DNA from: the human T2T-CHM13v2.0 reference genome, Homo sapiens
Length of the DNA stretch: 64,000 bases
NCBI RefSeq assembly: GCF_009914755.1
Contig: NC_060929.1
Reading direction: 5' to 3' (one strand)
Within the stretch, counting starts at the first letter, position 1. Every line of letters begins with the position of its first letter. Shown here one piece after another: positions 14,901-28,225 of this stretch. The notes below the pieces were generated by a model, which saw only the letters and a program-made list of their open reading frames with translations, was not told the origin of the DNA and did not search any database. Position numbers and translations under genes: made by a program.

Positions 14901-16680
14901 TACACAAAGCTTTATTATTATACTTATCCACCGAACTGCTCTTAATGCATGTAAAGAAGTGCACACGCATACACGAAATGGAAAACAAGACAGTACATTT
15001 AAACCTTGAAAACTTCATGCCCCCAAAATCTGATAGGCTAATAAAAAGACCTAAATCACACATCTTTGCCTATATTTACTCCTCAGTCTCACTTTACTGG
15101 TCAGACTTCTGTCCTGCTGAAGCTTCAGTAGAGACCTGTGATAAACTGCAGTAGTGTTTCAGGATGGATGTTCTAAAGATCATGTTGGTCTTTGTGGCTA
15201 AGAGACAGGATCCAACCGTTGTCCTTTATTGGACTAATTGTTCTGCACTTTGGGCTGTCTTTCTGGGTTTCTGATATTCAAAGGTATTTTAAAGACACAG
15301 CATATCCACACTATGAGATGCTTTGATGGCAAGATCCATGTTTTGTGAAGACCAGAGAACTGCCTCTTACATCATGCCTTTGACTTTGGAGCATTAGAGT
15401 TGCACCTAAGCACCTCTCTCAAACCTTTCTTCCAGTAAGTCCCACTGTGATCGATTATCCCTGAACAATCCAACGGTGTATAAACAACAAATTTGTTTCA
15501 CTTTTCTATCGTTTCTTCTTTTGAAACAATTTCCTAAAGTGCCCTAACATTTTTATTTATCTGTGCTAAAGAAACATTTCTTTACACTTATTTCTAAAAT
15601 ATAAATATTTTTATTTTTGCCAAGCATAAATTATATACTTCTTGTTGTAAAAGTTAAAACAATGGAGAAATACTAAAGTAGAAAATGGAAGTTCCCTGGA
15701 ATCTCATCCCAAATATAATGATGATTATAATAAAAATCAAAATAACATCTTTAAGTGTTATGTGCCAAGCAAAGCTTTTCATATGCATTAGCATATATAT
15801 TTCTCATAATAGTTCTGTGTGACGGGTACTATTATTTCCCAGTTTAGTACATGAGAGAACTGAGGGATAGAAGATTAAGTTATTTATGTAATGCCATGCA
15901 GGTAGTAAGTAGAAAAACTGGAACTTAATTACTATATTCAAATAGTAAAGTCTTAATTACTATATTTAACTAGATAAGGGCTGATCACTGGAAGCACTTT
16001 TTAAAAAGTTAAAGAAATTATGAAAGATGAATTACACATGACTTAAGATTTTATTTTAACTTAAAATGTACATTCATAAATTCATTCCTTAACCATTGAT
16101 GTAACACCAAGGCACACCTGTAATATAAATTTCAATTGCTGTAACTTTATAGTGGGGTAAATAAATTCTTCAAAGCCTTTTTTTTTTTTTTAAAAGGTCA
16201 GCTTTATGGAGTTTTTCTAAAACAATTAATTTCGTTTTCGTAGGAACAACTCTTTTTGTTCTTATGTTTTACTAGTTGTGTAATTTTAAAATAAACTGGG
16301 TTGTTACAACAACAGGTACCAAACTAGCTTTAACCAGTTTGGGGTCAAAATCCACAGACTCCTGGTAAGCAAACAATGCAGCAGGTGAGGTTGGAAGTGC
16401 CTGGGACTTACTAGGCTCTAAGCATTCAGCACTGCCCTGGGCATCTGCCTGGACTTCTTACAGAGGGAAACCGAGCTTGTAGGTGAATTGGTAAAGTCAA
16501 AATCGGTGAAGAGAACTCTACCTACTAGGTAACGTGGAATTATCCAGCATGTGAAGAGGCATCCATGCAGAAGTCATTTGCCAAAGAGAACTTGTTTCTT
16601 TCTTTCTATGCCTCAGCGGTATCTAAGAGCATGTATTATCAAAGACTACTACCCTGCGTAATTTTTCCCCCATCTTCCCA

Positions 16681-17312
<632 letters not shown>

Positions 17313-17539
17313 CGGCCAGCATCTTTTTAATGTAAATTCATATACCTGATTAATTTCAGTTTGTTTTGGCAACCAAGTCTTCAAAACATAAACATTAAGG
17401 AGTGCAGTGACTTCCCCAGGAAGGAAAAAATCTAAAGCCACTCCCTTGAGACTGGGCCGGCACTAAAAAAAAGAAATAGAACTGAATATGAACTGCTTTG
17501 GAGGGAAGGTGCTGTTATTTTCACTGGTTTTATCAATAG

Positions 17540-17692
17540 CAGTATTTCTCAAAGTGTGGTCTATATACCACCTGCTATCGGAAATCACCTAGCTACTTAT
17601 TCAACAGTAGATTTCTGGGCCTCAGACTCTCTGGGAATGGTTCCTGGAATCAGCATACTAGTGTAGGCACAGTAAAATTTGTGAACCATTGG
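17540..17692. mobile_element. MER5-type hAT-Charlie MITE
   Basis: cagtatttctcaaagtgtggtc...aatcacct...tttgtgaaccattg terminal inverted repeats. Confidence 0.7.
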
Positions 17693-17699
17693 TCAACCG

Positions 17700-18186
17700 G
17701 AGAAAGCCCAAACTTCTTAATGTGGTCTATAAGGTGCCATATAAGCTGGCCCTGCCCCACCATTTAGCCAAATGAGCGTGCCATTTTGTTTCTAGTGTCA
17801 GTTCCTCTGCCCTTATTTCTTCTAGGAATGCATACCCTCACGTTTTCCTTTCCTATCCTACTAAGAAAATCCCTTCAAATCCTTGGTTGGGTCTCCTTCT
17901 TCTGATTCCCTCCTGGATGGCTTATCTCCTAAAGCAGACCTGGGGAGTTCCTCCATTCTGACTTTGTTGTCACTCCCTCTCCCACTGACATGTACGTTGT
18001 ATTTCTATCATAGTATGCATCACCTGGATTTGCAATTACGTTTTTACCTGCATGGTGCTCCTATTATACTGTGAAATCCAGGAGTGCAGAGATGGAGATT
18101 TATTCATCTGTATTTCCCCGGAGTCTATGCCCGCACTTGGCAAATAATAATGGTAACAAATATTTGCTGAAAGAATGAACAAATGA
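17700..18186 (+). mobile_element. L2 fragment
   Basis: Ends caaatatttgctgaaagaatgaacaaatga, a typical L2 3' terminus. Confidence 0.7.
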
Positions 18187-18873
18187 TTTGGGGGAAGCAT
18201 GCTTTCCACTCAGTCTCCCACCATACTAGCCTGGAAGCATGAATGTTCTCTTGCTGTGATGCATTCTCCTGGCTATGCAATGTTTCCTTTCAATTCCAAG
18301 TTGAGGAGACTGAAGGAGAAGGGGTCCTCTTGCGGTGACCATTCTTGCAAATCTCTTTTTGTTATTGAAAGAGGGATCAAAGGCACAACCCCGAGCGGCC
18401 TGTTCAAACCTTTGTTATTACTTTCCTTTTGCAGCTTGGGACTAAGAGGAGGAATTTATGTATATATTAGTACACACTTTGATCTACCTTGGTACCTTGA
18501 TCTACCTTGATGTGCAAGGTACCTTGTTCACAGTTGTTACCAGTGAGACTATCATATAATGCAATAAGGGAATGTCTGTGTGACAGCCAGGTGATGTTGA
18601 AGAAACGTATGGGTTTATTTCATTAGGAGTAATGTTTTCTCAGCAGATACCAGTTTGCATGCATAATGTGATTCTTAGGGTGCCACAGCAGATACTTTTT
18701 GTTAGGATAAAATAATTGCATTACTTTGCTACTTGCAGATTCATTAATGAAAAGCCTGAGATCTCCCATCAGTTTTGTTAGTCCTTTTCTCATTCAGGAC
18801 TATTTCCCTGAGGTCAGCTTTCGTCAGGCCATGTATCTCATCGGCCCTGCCTGACCGCTAGAACTTAAATGCC

Positions 18874-19159
18874 TCTTAGCAAGTGCCTAAGCCTGCCCTC
18901 TGTGACTGCGGAATTACTTGGCAAAGAAAGAAAAGCTCTTTGGGGACAGATAGCTTGTCTCTATATTCTTCACTGGAATGTTCCCCAAAATGAGGTGCCC
19001 ACCACCTCATGGGTTTACATGGTTCACATTTTAATTGCTACATATTTATTTTATTAAAAATAATTAAACTGGCATATAAAACTTGTGATTTAATGTTTAG
19101 AGGGAGGTTAAAGTAGGAATACAAGTTTGAAAGTGACACTGTTTAAAGAAAAGTTTTAA
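18874..19159 (+). repeat. Copy 1 of a ~286-bp local direct duplication
   Basis: Aligns base by base (~96%) to 20523-20809. Confidence 0.97.
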
Positions 19160-20522
19160 AAATTAGTATTAAAAATAAGATGAGGAAATGACTAAAATAA
19201 TTAAAGCAATATTCAAATAACTAATGCATGAGAAGTACTATGATATAGTATAGTTCCTGATACATAGTAAGTGCTTAATATAAATTTATTGGAATGAATA
19301 AATAAATAATAAAAATATTAATAATAACTAAATTTTGTTATATGGTTGTTTTGTGTCCAGGTATTTTTCCAGAAGTTTTACATGCAATATTATATTTGAT
19401 TCTCACTTTTAGTAGTCAGAATCCATTGGGAAAAGTTCCATTTTATTTACATTTTGTAGATGAAGAAACTAAAGAATAGAAAATAACTTACGCAGACTCA
19501 CACAGCTAGTTGTGTGAGATCTACTCTCTGCTACCAAACCCATGCACACAAGTGTACTTCTATGCATCTCAAATATTATAAGTTAAAATGAGTTTTTTAT
19601 TTCCATTTCCACCTAGCTTCCCTAAGGTGTTAAAAATATTCCAACATGTTAAAGGTTAGCTCAATTAACTCTGCTGTGATGAGTGTGCTGCCAATATTTT
19701 ACATTTGATAAATTACGTTGGAGCTTGCCTGGTTAAACAACATGCATTTTTTGAAGTCTTAAGTATTTGCACAAGCCTAATTTTTGGTTCCTTCTTTTGT
19801 CTTCTCATCAAGAACTTTTCTTCAGTTTCACTGTCAATGTTGTAAGAATGTTATGTCATGGCTTAAGATTTCCATGGATTTTATCATATACCGACCCAAA
19901 CCATAGTCTTTCTAGAATAAGTCTAATGGCAGGGACTATGCTCTATTTTGGAAAACTGTGTTGCTTGAGTAAAAATGGCTCTGATAATCATCAAGACATG
20001 AATGCCAAAGGTGCTTGTGAAAACTTTGACCGTGAGTGAAATGAGTTTTTCAAAATTGCTACGCTATTTTATGTTGATAATTGTATATATAAAGGTATAA
20101 ATATACTTATAAATATTATAAATTGATATTTGTATATTTCACTTATATTAGCAAAGAGTTATACATTCAACTTGACTGAAAGCTCCTCTTTTACCATTGC
20201 TTTATATTTAGAGTATGTCTGTTCAGTACCAGGTACAATGACCTATTAGCCAGGACAGTAGAAATGGGCTAAATATTGATTAAGTCTCACAACCTGGTAA
20301 ATAAAACCAGGTAACAGTCTCAGAAGACTTTCTCAGATCTTTGGGGAATCTCAGAATACCAGTAGCTTCTAATTTCCTGCAATTATAATCTTTTAAAATT
20401 TAACACTATGTACATTCTCTATGCATAGTCCCCCTCTGTGAAATCTGAGGGCTAAAAAGGAAAAAGGTATTTGGAAGAAGAATGTATTATAGAGTTTTCT
20501 TAGTTTCATTAAAATTATAAAT

Positions 20523-20809
20523 TCTTAGCAAGTGCCTAAGCCTGCCCTCTGTGACTGCGGAATTACTTGGCAAAGAAAGAAAAGCTCTTTGGGGACAGGT
20601 AGCTTGTCTCTATATTCCTCACTGGAATGTTCCCTGAAATGAGGTGCCTACCACTGAGATGGGTTTACATGGTTCACATTTTAATTGCTACATATTTATT
20701 TTATTAAAAATAATTAAACTGGCATATAAAACTTGTGATTTAATGTTTAGAGGGAGGTTAAAGTAGGAATACAAGTTTGAAAGTGACACTGTTTAAAGGA
20801 AAGTTTTAA
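20523..20809 (+). repeat. Copy 2 of a ~286-bp local direct duplication
   Basis: Aligns base by base (~96%) to 18874-19159. Confidence 0.97.
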
Positions 20810-21054
20810 TAATAATAAACATTTGTGATTTCTTTGGTGCAACTCATTTGCTACCTGTGATAGGACATGAGTGTTATGGTTTAGAATAATTTCAGAGCTT
20901 AGTGACAGTCTTAAAAGCTGAAAATGGTTATTTTTCTTTTTATTTGTTTTTTTTTTTTCACTTTTTCCATACTAGCTTTAGGGAATAGATGGTTCAGACC
21001 ATAAGTAGATAATGGGGATTATGGGCATTTCATATGTAATGTAAATGCCAATTC

Positions 21055-21342
<288 letters not shown>

Positions 21343-21442
21343 TAAATACCACTTCTTGATGAAAACTTTGCTACTCTATTGGGAAACCCAATGATCTCAT
21401 CATTAATTATTAAAACTGTAAGGTTCTTTGGAAACCTTGTTT

Positions 21443-21622
21443 TCTAGAATTTCTCAAAATGTAGGTCATGAATCACCTGCTTCGAAATCACCTAGGGTGT
21501 TAAATTGTGTATTCCTAGTCTCCATTCTGCAGCATGATATCTCCAAGGGAGACCAGAGAATATAAATTTTTCAGAAGCTCCCCAGGCAATTCTTATGAAC
21601 CCTAGATTTTGGTAATTACTTC
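21443..21622. mobile_element. MER5A-like MITE
   Basis: tttctcaaaatgtaggtc...aatcacctagggtg...agaagctccccaggcaattcttatg. Confidence 0.7.
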
Positions 21623-22407
21623 AATCCCTTCGTAGTACATAGAAATTGAGGCATGATACAGTGAAGTGACTTATCAGTGGCAAACTAGGCAGTTAATAAC
21701 AAACTTCTCTGCTTGGCTGTTTAAAACCGTCTAGGTTAGCTGCAATGTTTTAATTCACTTGACATGCATCTTTCTGTCTCAGCTGTGTAGTTATGTAACT
21801 TAATTACTTCTTAGTTTGATTTGACGGCCTTATTCTATTAGATAAGATGTGTTAATTACCCTGATGGCAATATGTGATAATAATGGCTCAGTGTTACATT
21901 AATAATTTCAAGATCATGAATAATATGCAACACCTCTGTGTCTGAGCCATTATTAATTTGTTTCACCAGTGGTGAAGTGTTTAAAATTCAGTTTCAAGCA
22001 TGTCTTCTCAGAGGCAAAAAGAATAATACATGTATTGAAAAACCTGTCCTTTATTCTGTTCTTAACTTTGTCCTTGCTATCAAAATTAGCTATATATTTT
22101 ACCTAACTAATCAGGTAAAAATTGCATTTATTTATTTTTTTAAATACAGGTAAATTGAGAGTGAAAGGAGTAAAGAAAAAATACAGATAAATCAAAATAA
22201 AGTATTTGCTAATACAGATGGAGAAAGTGTAGAAGCAATATAAATTTTGTGAAATTACATCACATGATTGATCTCGAGGGATAAGAATAATTCTAAAAGC
22301 AGATTTTTTTTATTGTCCTGAGTTTATGAGTAGCCATAAAATCATAGTTCCTCACCTGCTCCTTATTTAGATTATGATTAAGCAGTTGATAGGTAGGCAG
22401 AAGAGAA

Positions 22408-22908
22408 TGTCGTGGACACCTGTTCTATCTACCTGCCTAGCATCCCCAAGTCTATGAGGGAACCATCTTCACTGTCCATAGTTGTGCAGTCAACTCAGGA
22501 TTGATCAATCAGCATCTTCCATCCTACTGTTTGGTATAAAGATGACATGTGATATAAGTTGATCTAATCAGAGCTAATCCTGGGACTTTCTAGAGCAGTT
22601 GGGAAATATATGTACTGAGAATGGGGGTCATGAACTTGGAGTGACTGACACCCAGCTTACCACCATGAAAGAAAAATTTACCATCACAGAAAAAACAAAC
22701 AAACAAACAAAAAAAACAAAACAGGGCTAAGAGAGGGTCTGTGTGACTGACTCCTAATGAAATAATTTAAATCTCTGAATCTAGCCATGCCTGACATCAC
22801 CTAATACTGTTTTATTTTTTTAAACCACTATGCAATCAAGATATTCTATATTTTGCTTAAGCCATTGTGGGTGGTGCTTCTCACAATAACAACAAAAGGA
22901 CATAAACT
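22408..22908 (+). mobile_element. Old MLT1 (J/K/L-type) LTR
   Basis: aatcagagctaatcctgggactt and ttttgcttaagcca...aacaaaag terminal region. Confidence 0.6.
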
Positions 22909-23500
22909 TTATTAAAAAAAAAAAAAACAAAAACTTCTGAACTCATGAGCTTCCAAGAATAGGAATGAGTTTGCATTGCTGTGCATGCATTCTCTCAAGT
23001 CTCCATTGTGACCAGTAAAACGGATTTGCAGCTGGTTTGGGCTAGGGGTAAGGTAACCATAGAATGCATATTCCAAATTAGAAGACTTTTCCTTCTTATC
23101 CTTTTATTGTGGAGAATTTTAAACTGACACAAAGGAAATAGAATGATATAATGAACTCCTATGGGCCCATTGATCCATTGGTCAATTCTTCTTCATTCAC
23201 ACCTCATCAACTCCTCCCAGTATTATTTTGAAGTCTTTTCCAGACATCATTTCACTGAATGAAACTAACAGAAAAAGGAAGTGCTATTATGATAGAACTG
23301 CAAATGCAAACTAAGACTGTTCCAGAGCCACTGAGACTGATAGTGTGAAATAGATTGAAAAATCAATGGATTAGCATCCATAACCTCAATACTATACTTT
23401 TACCAACTGAGACAGTGGACCAACTGGGGCGCTAAAAAGCCTTGAGATATTTTTCTTTTCTATCAGCCTTTTTGGCTATAGATGTGTTTATTGAATACCA

Positions 23501-23930
23501 TGTAAGTCTGGGTTCTCCAAGAAACAGATGCCAAAACAGAATAAATGTGCAAGTTTCATTAGGGACACATGCCCATGAGAGACAATTGGTAGGAAGCCAG
23601 GAAAGGCTGGGAGAACATTAGATCATGATACAAATCTAAATCCAAGTAAAGGGGAAAGAAAGAAAGAATGGGTAGATGTGTACTAGGTTTTGCAAGGCTA
23701 CCAGGAAATTGTTAAGCCAAAGTCAGGCATGAAAGGAGTCCTATGTCTCTTAGGAATCAGCCTGCTCTAATATGGCAGCTGACCTCAGTCCTTGACTGGG
23801 GAAAGTCCATGGAAAGTACAACCTCATTGCACAAAAAGAGTTGTAGATTTCAGAGGGTAGCAGCTGGGCCCTTGGGTAATTCTGCTCCCCATAGTTGGAG
23901 GTCTGTGAGGCACATTTTCACAGCCACCAC
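23501..23930 (-). mobile_element. ERVL-class solo LTR (LTR16/LTR33-like)
   Basis: tgtaagtctgggttctccaagaaacagatgcc...cagccaccaca with TG...CA ends. Confidence 0.6.
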
Positions 23931-24557
23931 ATATAGAAAGATTTTCTTCCAAATACTATCAATTTAGTGTACCAGTGTAGTAAAAAGCATGGACTTGGGC
24001 ATTAGATCAGCCCTATTAAAACCTTAGCTCTACTGCTTAGCTGTGTGACTATAAACAGATCACTTGAATTCAAGATGTAGGAGCTGCTTCACTAATGTTT
24101 TACAATTGCATCTTCATGTACTGTGACTACAAGGACTCACTACTATTGAAATGAAAGCAGTAGCATTTGGAGATTTAAGATACTTGGTTATGGCTCTAAG
24201 TTGCTTCCTGGCATTAGTGACAAGCAAATTCTGTGTGCCTTTTGTTTTTCATTTGCTTCCAAATTCAATCTCTTCCCATTGCTTGAAATGTGGGAAGTTT
24301 AGGGAAAAAAGGTCACAGGAAACACACTATCTTCTCTCTCAACTGCCTCCTTCCATCTCCTACATTTACCATGATGTAACTAAATAGTACCCCAGACTCC
24401 AGCCAGTATTTTCTGAGCAGCCTGAGAGTCAATGTGCATGTTTAATTTCTACCTTTGAAGCAATCTGATAATTCTATTTACCAGCAGTAACCAGTCAAAT
24501 GGACTTTTAGAGAATTCACCAAGAAGGCTTTAGTTTTTCAGAAACTATCTTTGTCTG

Positions 24558-25281
24558 TGAGATACCATCTCACACCCATCAGAATGGAGATTATTAAAAA
24601 GTCAAGAACCAACAGATGCTGGTGAGGCTGTGGAGAAATAGGAATGCTTTTATACTGTTGATTGGAAAGTAAATTAGTTCAACCATTGTGGAAGGCAGTG
24701 TGGCATACCTCAAAGACCTAGAACCAGAAATACCATTTGATCCAGCAATCCCATTACTGGTTATATACCCAAAGGAATATACATCATTCTATTATAAAGA
24801 TACATGCACTCGTATGTTCACTGCAGCACTATTCACAATAGCAAAGGCATGAAATAAACCCAAATACCCATCAATGATACATTGGATAAAGAAAATGTGT
24901 TACATATACATCATGGAATACTATGCAGCCATAAAAAGGAACAAGATCATATCCTTTGCAGGGACATGGATGGGGCTGGAAGCCATTATCCTCAGCAAAC
25001 TAATGCAGGAACAGAAAACCAAACACTGCATGTTCTCATTTATTAAGTGGGAGCTGAATAATGATAACACATGGACACAGGGAAGGGAACAACACACACT
25101 GGGACCTGTGGCAGGGGTGAAGGGAGGGAGAGCATCAGAAAAAATAGCTAATGCATGCTGGGCTTAATACCTAAGTGATGGGTTGATAGGTTCTGCAAAC
25201 CCGTGGTACACGTTTACTTATGCAACAAATCTGCATGTCCCACACATGTATCCCGGAGCTTATAATAAAATAAAATAAAAA
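24558..25281 (+). mobile_element. 5'-truncated L1PA13-16-like element
   Basis: ORF2 C-terminal remnant (MEYYAAIK), 3' UTR aaatagctaatgcatgctgggcttaatacc, A-rich tail; degenerate 16-bp TSD aaactatctttgtctg / agactgtctttgtgtg. Confidence 0.92.
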
Positions 25282-25539
25282 AGACTGTCTTTGTGTGCTA
25301 TCCATGATGGCAACGAAAGAGTTTTATAGGTTAGATCTCTTCCCTCTGATTATTTGGACAAAAAATGATGGCTATTATAATAGACATGCACAGACACACA
25401 TATACACAAATCTTTTCACCACCTGCCACTACAATAGTTCAAGCTACCCTTGTCTCTTATCAAGATTTCTGATGGACTCCTTTCTAGCCTGTTTGGCTCT
25501 AGAAGAACCTCCCTGTGTCTAATAGGACATCTGATCAAG

Positions 25540-26100
25540 TCACAAGGCTGCTTAGAGTCCTGCAGTGATTTCCCATTGCTCCCAGGATACGGTCTAATTC
25601 TTCAACAGGAATCAAAGGCCTTTCATGCTCTCTGCTTCCACCTCCTGATGAACCCTCTCCTCCTTCCTCACTTGCCCTCTCCCCCTCCCCTTAGATTTTA
25701 CACTCAACCTACTGTCATGTGCTCTCCCAGTTCTGGGCCTTGAACAGATTATTTTCTTTGACTGGAAGCTTCTTCCCTCTTTTCTTATTCTCTATTCTCC
25801 TTTCGGCCTAGCTATTTATACTTCTCTTTCAAGTTTCAGCCTGGGTATGACGTGCTCTGAAAGCATTCATTGGCAGTACATCCTGAAGAGGCACCTTGAC
25901 CACGAGCTTCTGGAGCACCAGTACTTTCCCCAGCAAAGCCCTCATCAAGCTGTGTCCTAACTGCCTCTTGACTTGCCTGTTTCCCCTCACCCCTTGATTG
26001 TGAACTTAGGAACTGCCCCTGTGCACTGCCAAATCTTCAGTGTCTAGAACAGTGCTTGGTACAGAGTAGGCATTTAATAAAACCTGTTCAATTAGTAAAA
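25540..26100 (+). mobile_element. L2 fragment
   Basis: Ends cagtgtctagaacagtgcttggtacagagtaggcatttaataaa. Confidence 0.75.
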
Positions 26101-27719
26101 GATTCCATGTAGGGGCTCTGCAATATGTAAATATGTTACTATGTATTCCATTTCATTTTTATGAAACACCTTATCAGGAGAAGATTAATAATTAATGATA
26201 ATAATAGTGGACTCAGTAAAAGGTATTTTTAATGTGATTATTTTAATTATGTAAAATGTAAAATGTCTTGTTTTCTCAGAGAACTCAACTCAGGTCATCC
26301 ATGAAAACAAGTATATTTTATAAAATATTTGGCAGTTATTAAAGGGAAGACATCAAAATGAAACAAATCTGTGACTATTTTTCCTCATCAGTTACCATGG
26401 GAGGCATCCCTTCAAGAACACCATCTCTAACATGGATGCCTAAGTCTGTGACAATAAAGTCTGTGAAGTAAATTGACTGAGAGGGTAATAGTAAATACAG
26501 AATATCAGTGGATGCCTGAAACTAGCAGGAGAAAAATAGAAAATAATTATCTCATCGAGGAACAAATAGATCTATTGATAGTATAAATTTTTAAAAAATG
26601 TTTGTAACCTTTTCCATTAAGTATACTAGTTTATGATAAGTTGAAATATTTTGCCATCTGCCTTATGAAACTCCACTCAATCTGTGCAATTCAAAGTATT
26701 AAAATGGAAATAAAATAAATACTGTTTCACATATAAAACAAATTGGACCTTATAACTAATCATTTCTTCTCATTTCAATACCTCCCACTATTCTCTTCTT
26801 AACTGAAAATGACTGCAAGGAGGCTTTTATGGGGAGTTGGATTTTCACCTAGTTGAAAGATCAGTTTGTAATTCACAAAAAAAAAAGAAAGAAAAGAGAA
26901 GAAAAAAAGAAAGAAAGAAAAATCCAGTTCCTTTTATTTGCCTCTAGGACCTAATTCTTTGTCTTTTGGGAAATAAATTATCCTTAACAAAGTGCTTCTT
27001 AAAATTCTTATCCTCAGTAATGAAAGACTCTTCCAAGCAGATATGTTGTATTTGTAATTAAAAGGTTTCCTGTCCCTATATTATAACATTATGGCCAGCC
27101 TTCAACATATTTGAAGTAATTAGAGTATAAATTCAGTAACTGAGCGTTCTGAGAAAATTCTGAGGAAATTGCAGAGTTTTGAGGAAAATTTAGCATTTGA
27201 TAGAGTGCGGGAACTAAACGATCCATTTGGAACTTATTGGTGTGGAAGCAAAACTATTTACCGCTGGAAGCTATGGTGGCAATGTTGGCAACGGTGAAGA
27301 TTTTGCCTCTAGGTGCAGGTATGACAGTATTTCCTCAGACAGAAGTACATATAGTATTTTTTAAGGCTACATAATATTGGTGGCCTGCAGCTAAGAACCT
27401 ATGTTCTAGTGATCTATGGAATTTGGATATTATTTCTAAGTAAGCCCTTCTCCTTGCTATGAGTGACATATACCTACTAGATTTGAAGATTCAGTCAATT
27501 TCCAAAAATGCATCTTCTAGAATAGCTTTGTGCCTTCCTGATTGCTCCTCCAAGTCTAATGCTGGCTCTGTCTTCAACTATTACCTTTTTTGGATGGTTT
27601 TCCTGATCTTGCCTATCTCTTCCCATTAGAATTCATGAACCCTTCTTCCTGTTTCCATGGTATCCAATATAGAGCTGTGTATGCTTGCCACACAGTATTT
27701 TGAAATAATTAATTTTATT

Positions 27720-28225
27720 TGATGTTTTTATATGTGTACCTCAGTCTCCCTTTCTACAGATAATCACTGTTAACAGTTTCTTGTGTTTCTTTCCATAAAA
27801 CAGAAATTTTGCATTTTCCGATGCACATGTGACTAAATATACACATGAATTAAAAAAATGACCCACAAAAAATCATATTTTTGGAAATATTTTTCATCCT
27901 GCTTTTTATTTAATATATGTAGGATGTAATTCTATGAACACATGCAGGCTTGCGTCATTTTTTAAAACAGCTATCTAATAATTCCATTTTATGGATGTTT
28001 TATAATTTATAATTATTTGGGTTCCTAATTACAAACACTTTGCTGGTTTGCAGCTTTCCGATGTTATAAACACTGCAGTGAAGAATCCCTGGTGAACATC
28101 TGCAAGTATGTCTTCAGGATACATCCAAAACAGTGGGATTTCAGGGTCTGAGGGCGTGTGTTTATTTAATATTGGTAGATTAACTCTACAAAATGTTTCA
28201 TCAATTAGCCTCCCACCAACAACAT
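27720..28225 (-). mobile_element. L1ME-type fragment nested in an L2 (L2 resumes ~28230-28380)
   Basis: gataatcactgttaacagtttcttgtg...cctcccaccaacaa. Confidence 0.6.

Noticed and set aside
27140-27325. ~50-codon open frame with retained CpGs and a nearby CAG|GTATGA donor
   Set aside because: No convincing upstream acceptor, the frame stops before the donor, and the peptide is not recognised.
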